A stretch of DNA of 64,000 nucleotides. Origin: a bacterium. Lineage in GTDB: Bacteria; SAR324; XYD2-FULL-50-16. The DNA lies in the NCBI GenBank assembly GCA_032250835.1, contig JAVVEA010000006.1:1-64000 (forward strand), read 5' to 3'. A program made the position numbers and the translations under genes. The notes beneath the pieces were generated by a model, which worked only from the letters and a program-made list of their open reading frames with translations, was not told the DNA's origin and did not search any database. Shown here in pieces: positions 62,472 to 64,000 of the stretch; position 1 is the first letter of the stretch; each line of letters begins with the position of its first letter.

Positions 62472-63704
62472 TTAACTGGCCTTAGCGTCCCGATAGACGA
62501 TCAGCGGGTCTTTGCGGCCTTCGATCACCTCTTTGTCCAAAACGATCTCTTGGATGTTGTCCGCCGAGGGGGCTTCGTACATCAAGTTGAGCATGCAGCT
62601 TTCCATGATCGCCCGCAAACCGCGCGCGCCGGTGTTGCGCTCTACCGCCTTCTTGGCAATGGCGCGGATCGCATCGTCTTTGAAGACCACCTGAACCCCG
62701 TCCATGGCCATCAAGCTAGTGTACTGCTTGACCAACGCATTTTTGGGTTCTTTCATGATCATCACCAAGTCGTCTTCGCTCAGGTCTTCTAAGGTGGTCA
62801 CCACCGGCAAACGACCGATAAATTCGGGGATCAGGCCGTACTTAAGCAAGTCTTCGGTTTCCACTTGGGGCAACAGAGATTTGTCGGGCCGCTCGGTTTC
62901 AACTAGCTTGGCCCCAAAGCCCATGGACTTCTTGCCGACCCGCTCGTTGATCACGTCACTTAAACCCACGAAAGCCCCACCGCAGATGAAGAGGATGTTG
63001 CTGGTGTCTACCTGCAAAAACTCCTGTTGCGGGTGCTTGCGTCCGCCCTGGGGGGGGATGTTGGCCACCGTGCCTTCAATGATCTTTAATAAAGCTTGCT
63101 GTACGCCTTCACCAGAAACGTCGCGGGTGATCGAAACGTTTTCGGATTTGCGGGTGATCTTGTCGATTTCGTCGATGTAGACAATCCCGCGTTGGGCCTG
63201 TTCGATGTCATAATCCGAAGCCTGCAACAGCTTGAGGATGATGTTCTCTACGTCTTCGCCCACATAACCAGCTTCGGTTAAGGTGGTGGCGTCGGCCATG
63301 GCAAAGGGAACTCGCAGGATACGCGCTAAGGTCTGGGCCAACAGGGTCTTGCCGGTACCCGTCGGGCCGATCAAGAGGACGTTGGATTTAGAGAGCTCGA
63401 CCTCACCTGTCTTGGGCAGGTTGTAGATCTTTTTGTAATGGTTGTAGACCGCTACCGAAAGGGTCTTCTTGGCTTCGGTTTGGCCGATCACATAATCGTC
63501 CAAAATAGCCTTGATTTCCTTCGGTTTGAGCAGCTCTTCGCCTTGTTCGGCGGGCTTTTCCTTGGCGCGCTCTTCTTCGATGATGTCGTTGCAAAGCTCG
63601 ATGCATTCATCGCAGATATAGACCGCCGGTCCTGCAATGATCTTCTCGACTTCTTCTTGCGACTTGCCGCAAAAGGAGCAGCGGAGCGTCGTTTCCTTAG
63701 CCAT
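62472..63704 (-). CDS. clpX: ATP-dependent Clp protease ATPase ClpX
   Basis: CSFCGK/CDEC zinc domain; [20 protein letters not shown] loop. Confidence 0.99.
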   Translation of the reverse strand: MAKETTLRCSFCGKSQEEVEKIIAGPAVYICDECIELCNDIIEEERAKEKPAEQGEELLKPKEIKAILDDYVIGQTEAKKTLSVAVYNHYKKIYNLPKTGEVELSKSNVLLIGPTGTGKTLLAQTLARILRVPFAMADATTLTEAGYVGEDVENIILKLLQASDYDIEQAQRGIVYIDEIDKITRKSENVSITRDVSGEGVQQALLKIIEGTVANIPPQGGRKHPQQEFLQVDTSNILFICGGAFVGLSDVINERVGKKSMGFGAKLVETERPDKSLLPQVETEDLLKYGLIPEFIGRLPVVTTLEDLSEDDLVMIMKEPKNALVKQYTSLMAMDGVQVVFKDDAIRAIAKKAVERNTGARGLRAIMESCMLNLMYEAPSADNIQEIVLDKEVIEGRKDPLIVYRDAKAS

Positions 63705-63712
63705 ATTGGCCC

Positions 63713-64000
63713 CTAGTCTTGGGTTCGTTTGGTCATCGTCACGTCGATCAGTCCGTATTTTACCGCTTCTTCGCCGGTAAGGAAATAGTCTCTTTCGGTA
63801 TCGTTTTGGATCTTTTTGAGATCTTGGCCGGTGTGCTCGACCAGGATTTCATTGATCCGGTTTTTAATCCGTACGTTTTCTTTCGTTTGGATTTCGATAT
63901 CCGAAGCCTGACCGCCAATACCGCCGATAGGCTGGCGTAAATGGACCGTAGAGTTAGGTAATGCAATCCGTTTGCCCTTTGTGCCTGCCGCCAGTAAGAG
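63713..64000 (-). CDS. clpP: ClpP-family subunit, 3' part (cut by window edge)
   Basis: Hand translation [37 protein letters not shown]...[20 protein letters not shown]; upstream of clpX. Confidence 0.92.
   Translation of the reverse strand, partial: LLLAAGTKGKRIALPNSTVHLRQPIGGIGGQASDIEIQTKENVRIKNRINEILVEHTGQDLKKIQNDTERDYFLTGEEAVKYGLIDVTMTKRTQD

Overview
Bacterial chromosomal window. Coding DNA is moderately GC-rich and intergenic DNA is AT-rich. The left ~25 kb is a dense sulfur-metabolism island: a 12-heme cytochrome c, a TAT-exported Psr/Phs-type molybdoenzyme (ABC), two YeeE/YedE transporters, three rhodanese-type proteins, a type-III-like SQR with a DUF1641 partner, dsrEFH-dsrE2-tusA, a second signal-less molybdoenzyme with a FeS-NrfD fusion and TorD chaperone, tauE and dsrL. 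No dsrAB, dsrC or dsrMKJOP is present in the window. The rest holds hicAB and yefM-yoeB toxin-antitoxin pairs, a heme-sensor kinase, bcp, an M48 protease, an AraC regulator interrupted by TGA, hypA and hupE/ureJ, a full mrpABCDEFG operon, a methyltransferase/ATP-grasp fusion, multi-PAS signalling genes, an ADC-fold/flavoenzyme fusion, an RCC1-repeat lipoprotein, tRNA-Asp, tRNA-Val, clpX and a partial clpP whose catalytic His is replaced by Arg. Features missing from the ORF track include hicA, a 29-aa membrane protein behind a perfect 20-bp palindrome, a recurrent ArsR-like box before the sulfur operons, and several structured-RNA candidates, one of them 6S-like. All calls come from motifs recognised by eye; no searches were run. 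The gene mix resembles SAR324/'Lambdaproteobacteria'-like organisms, which is a weak inference.
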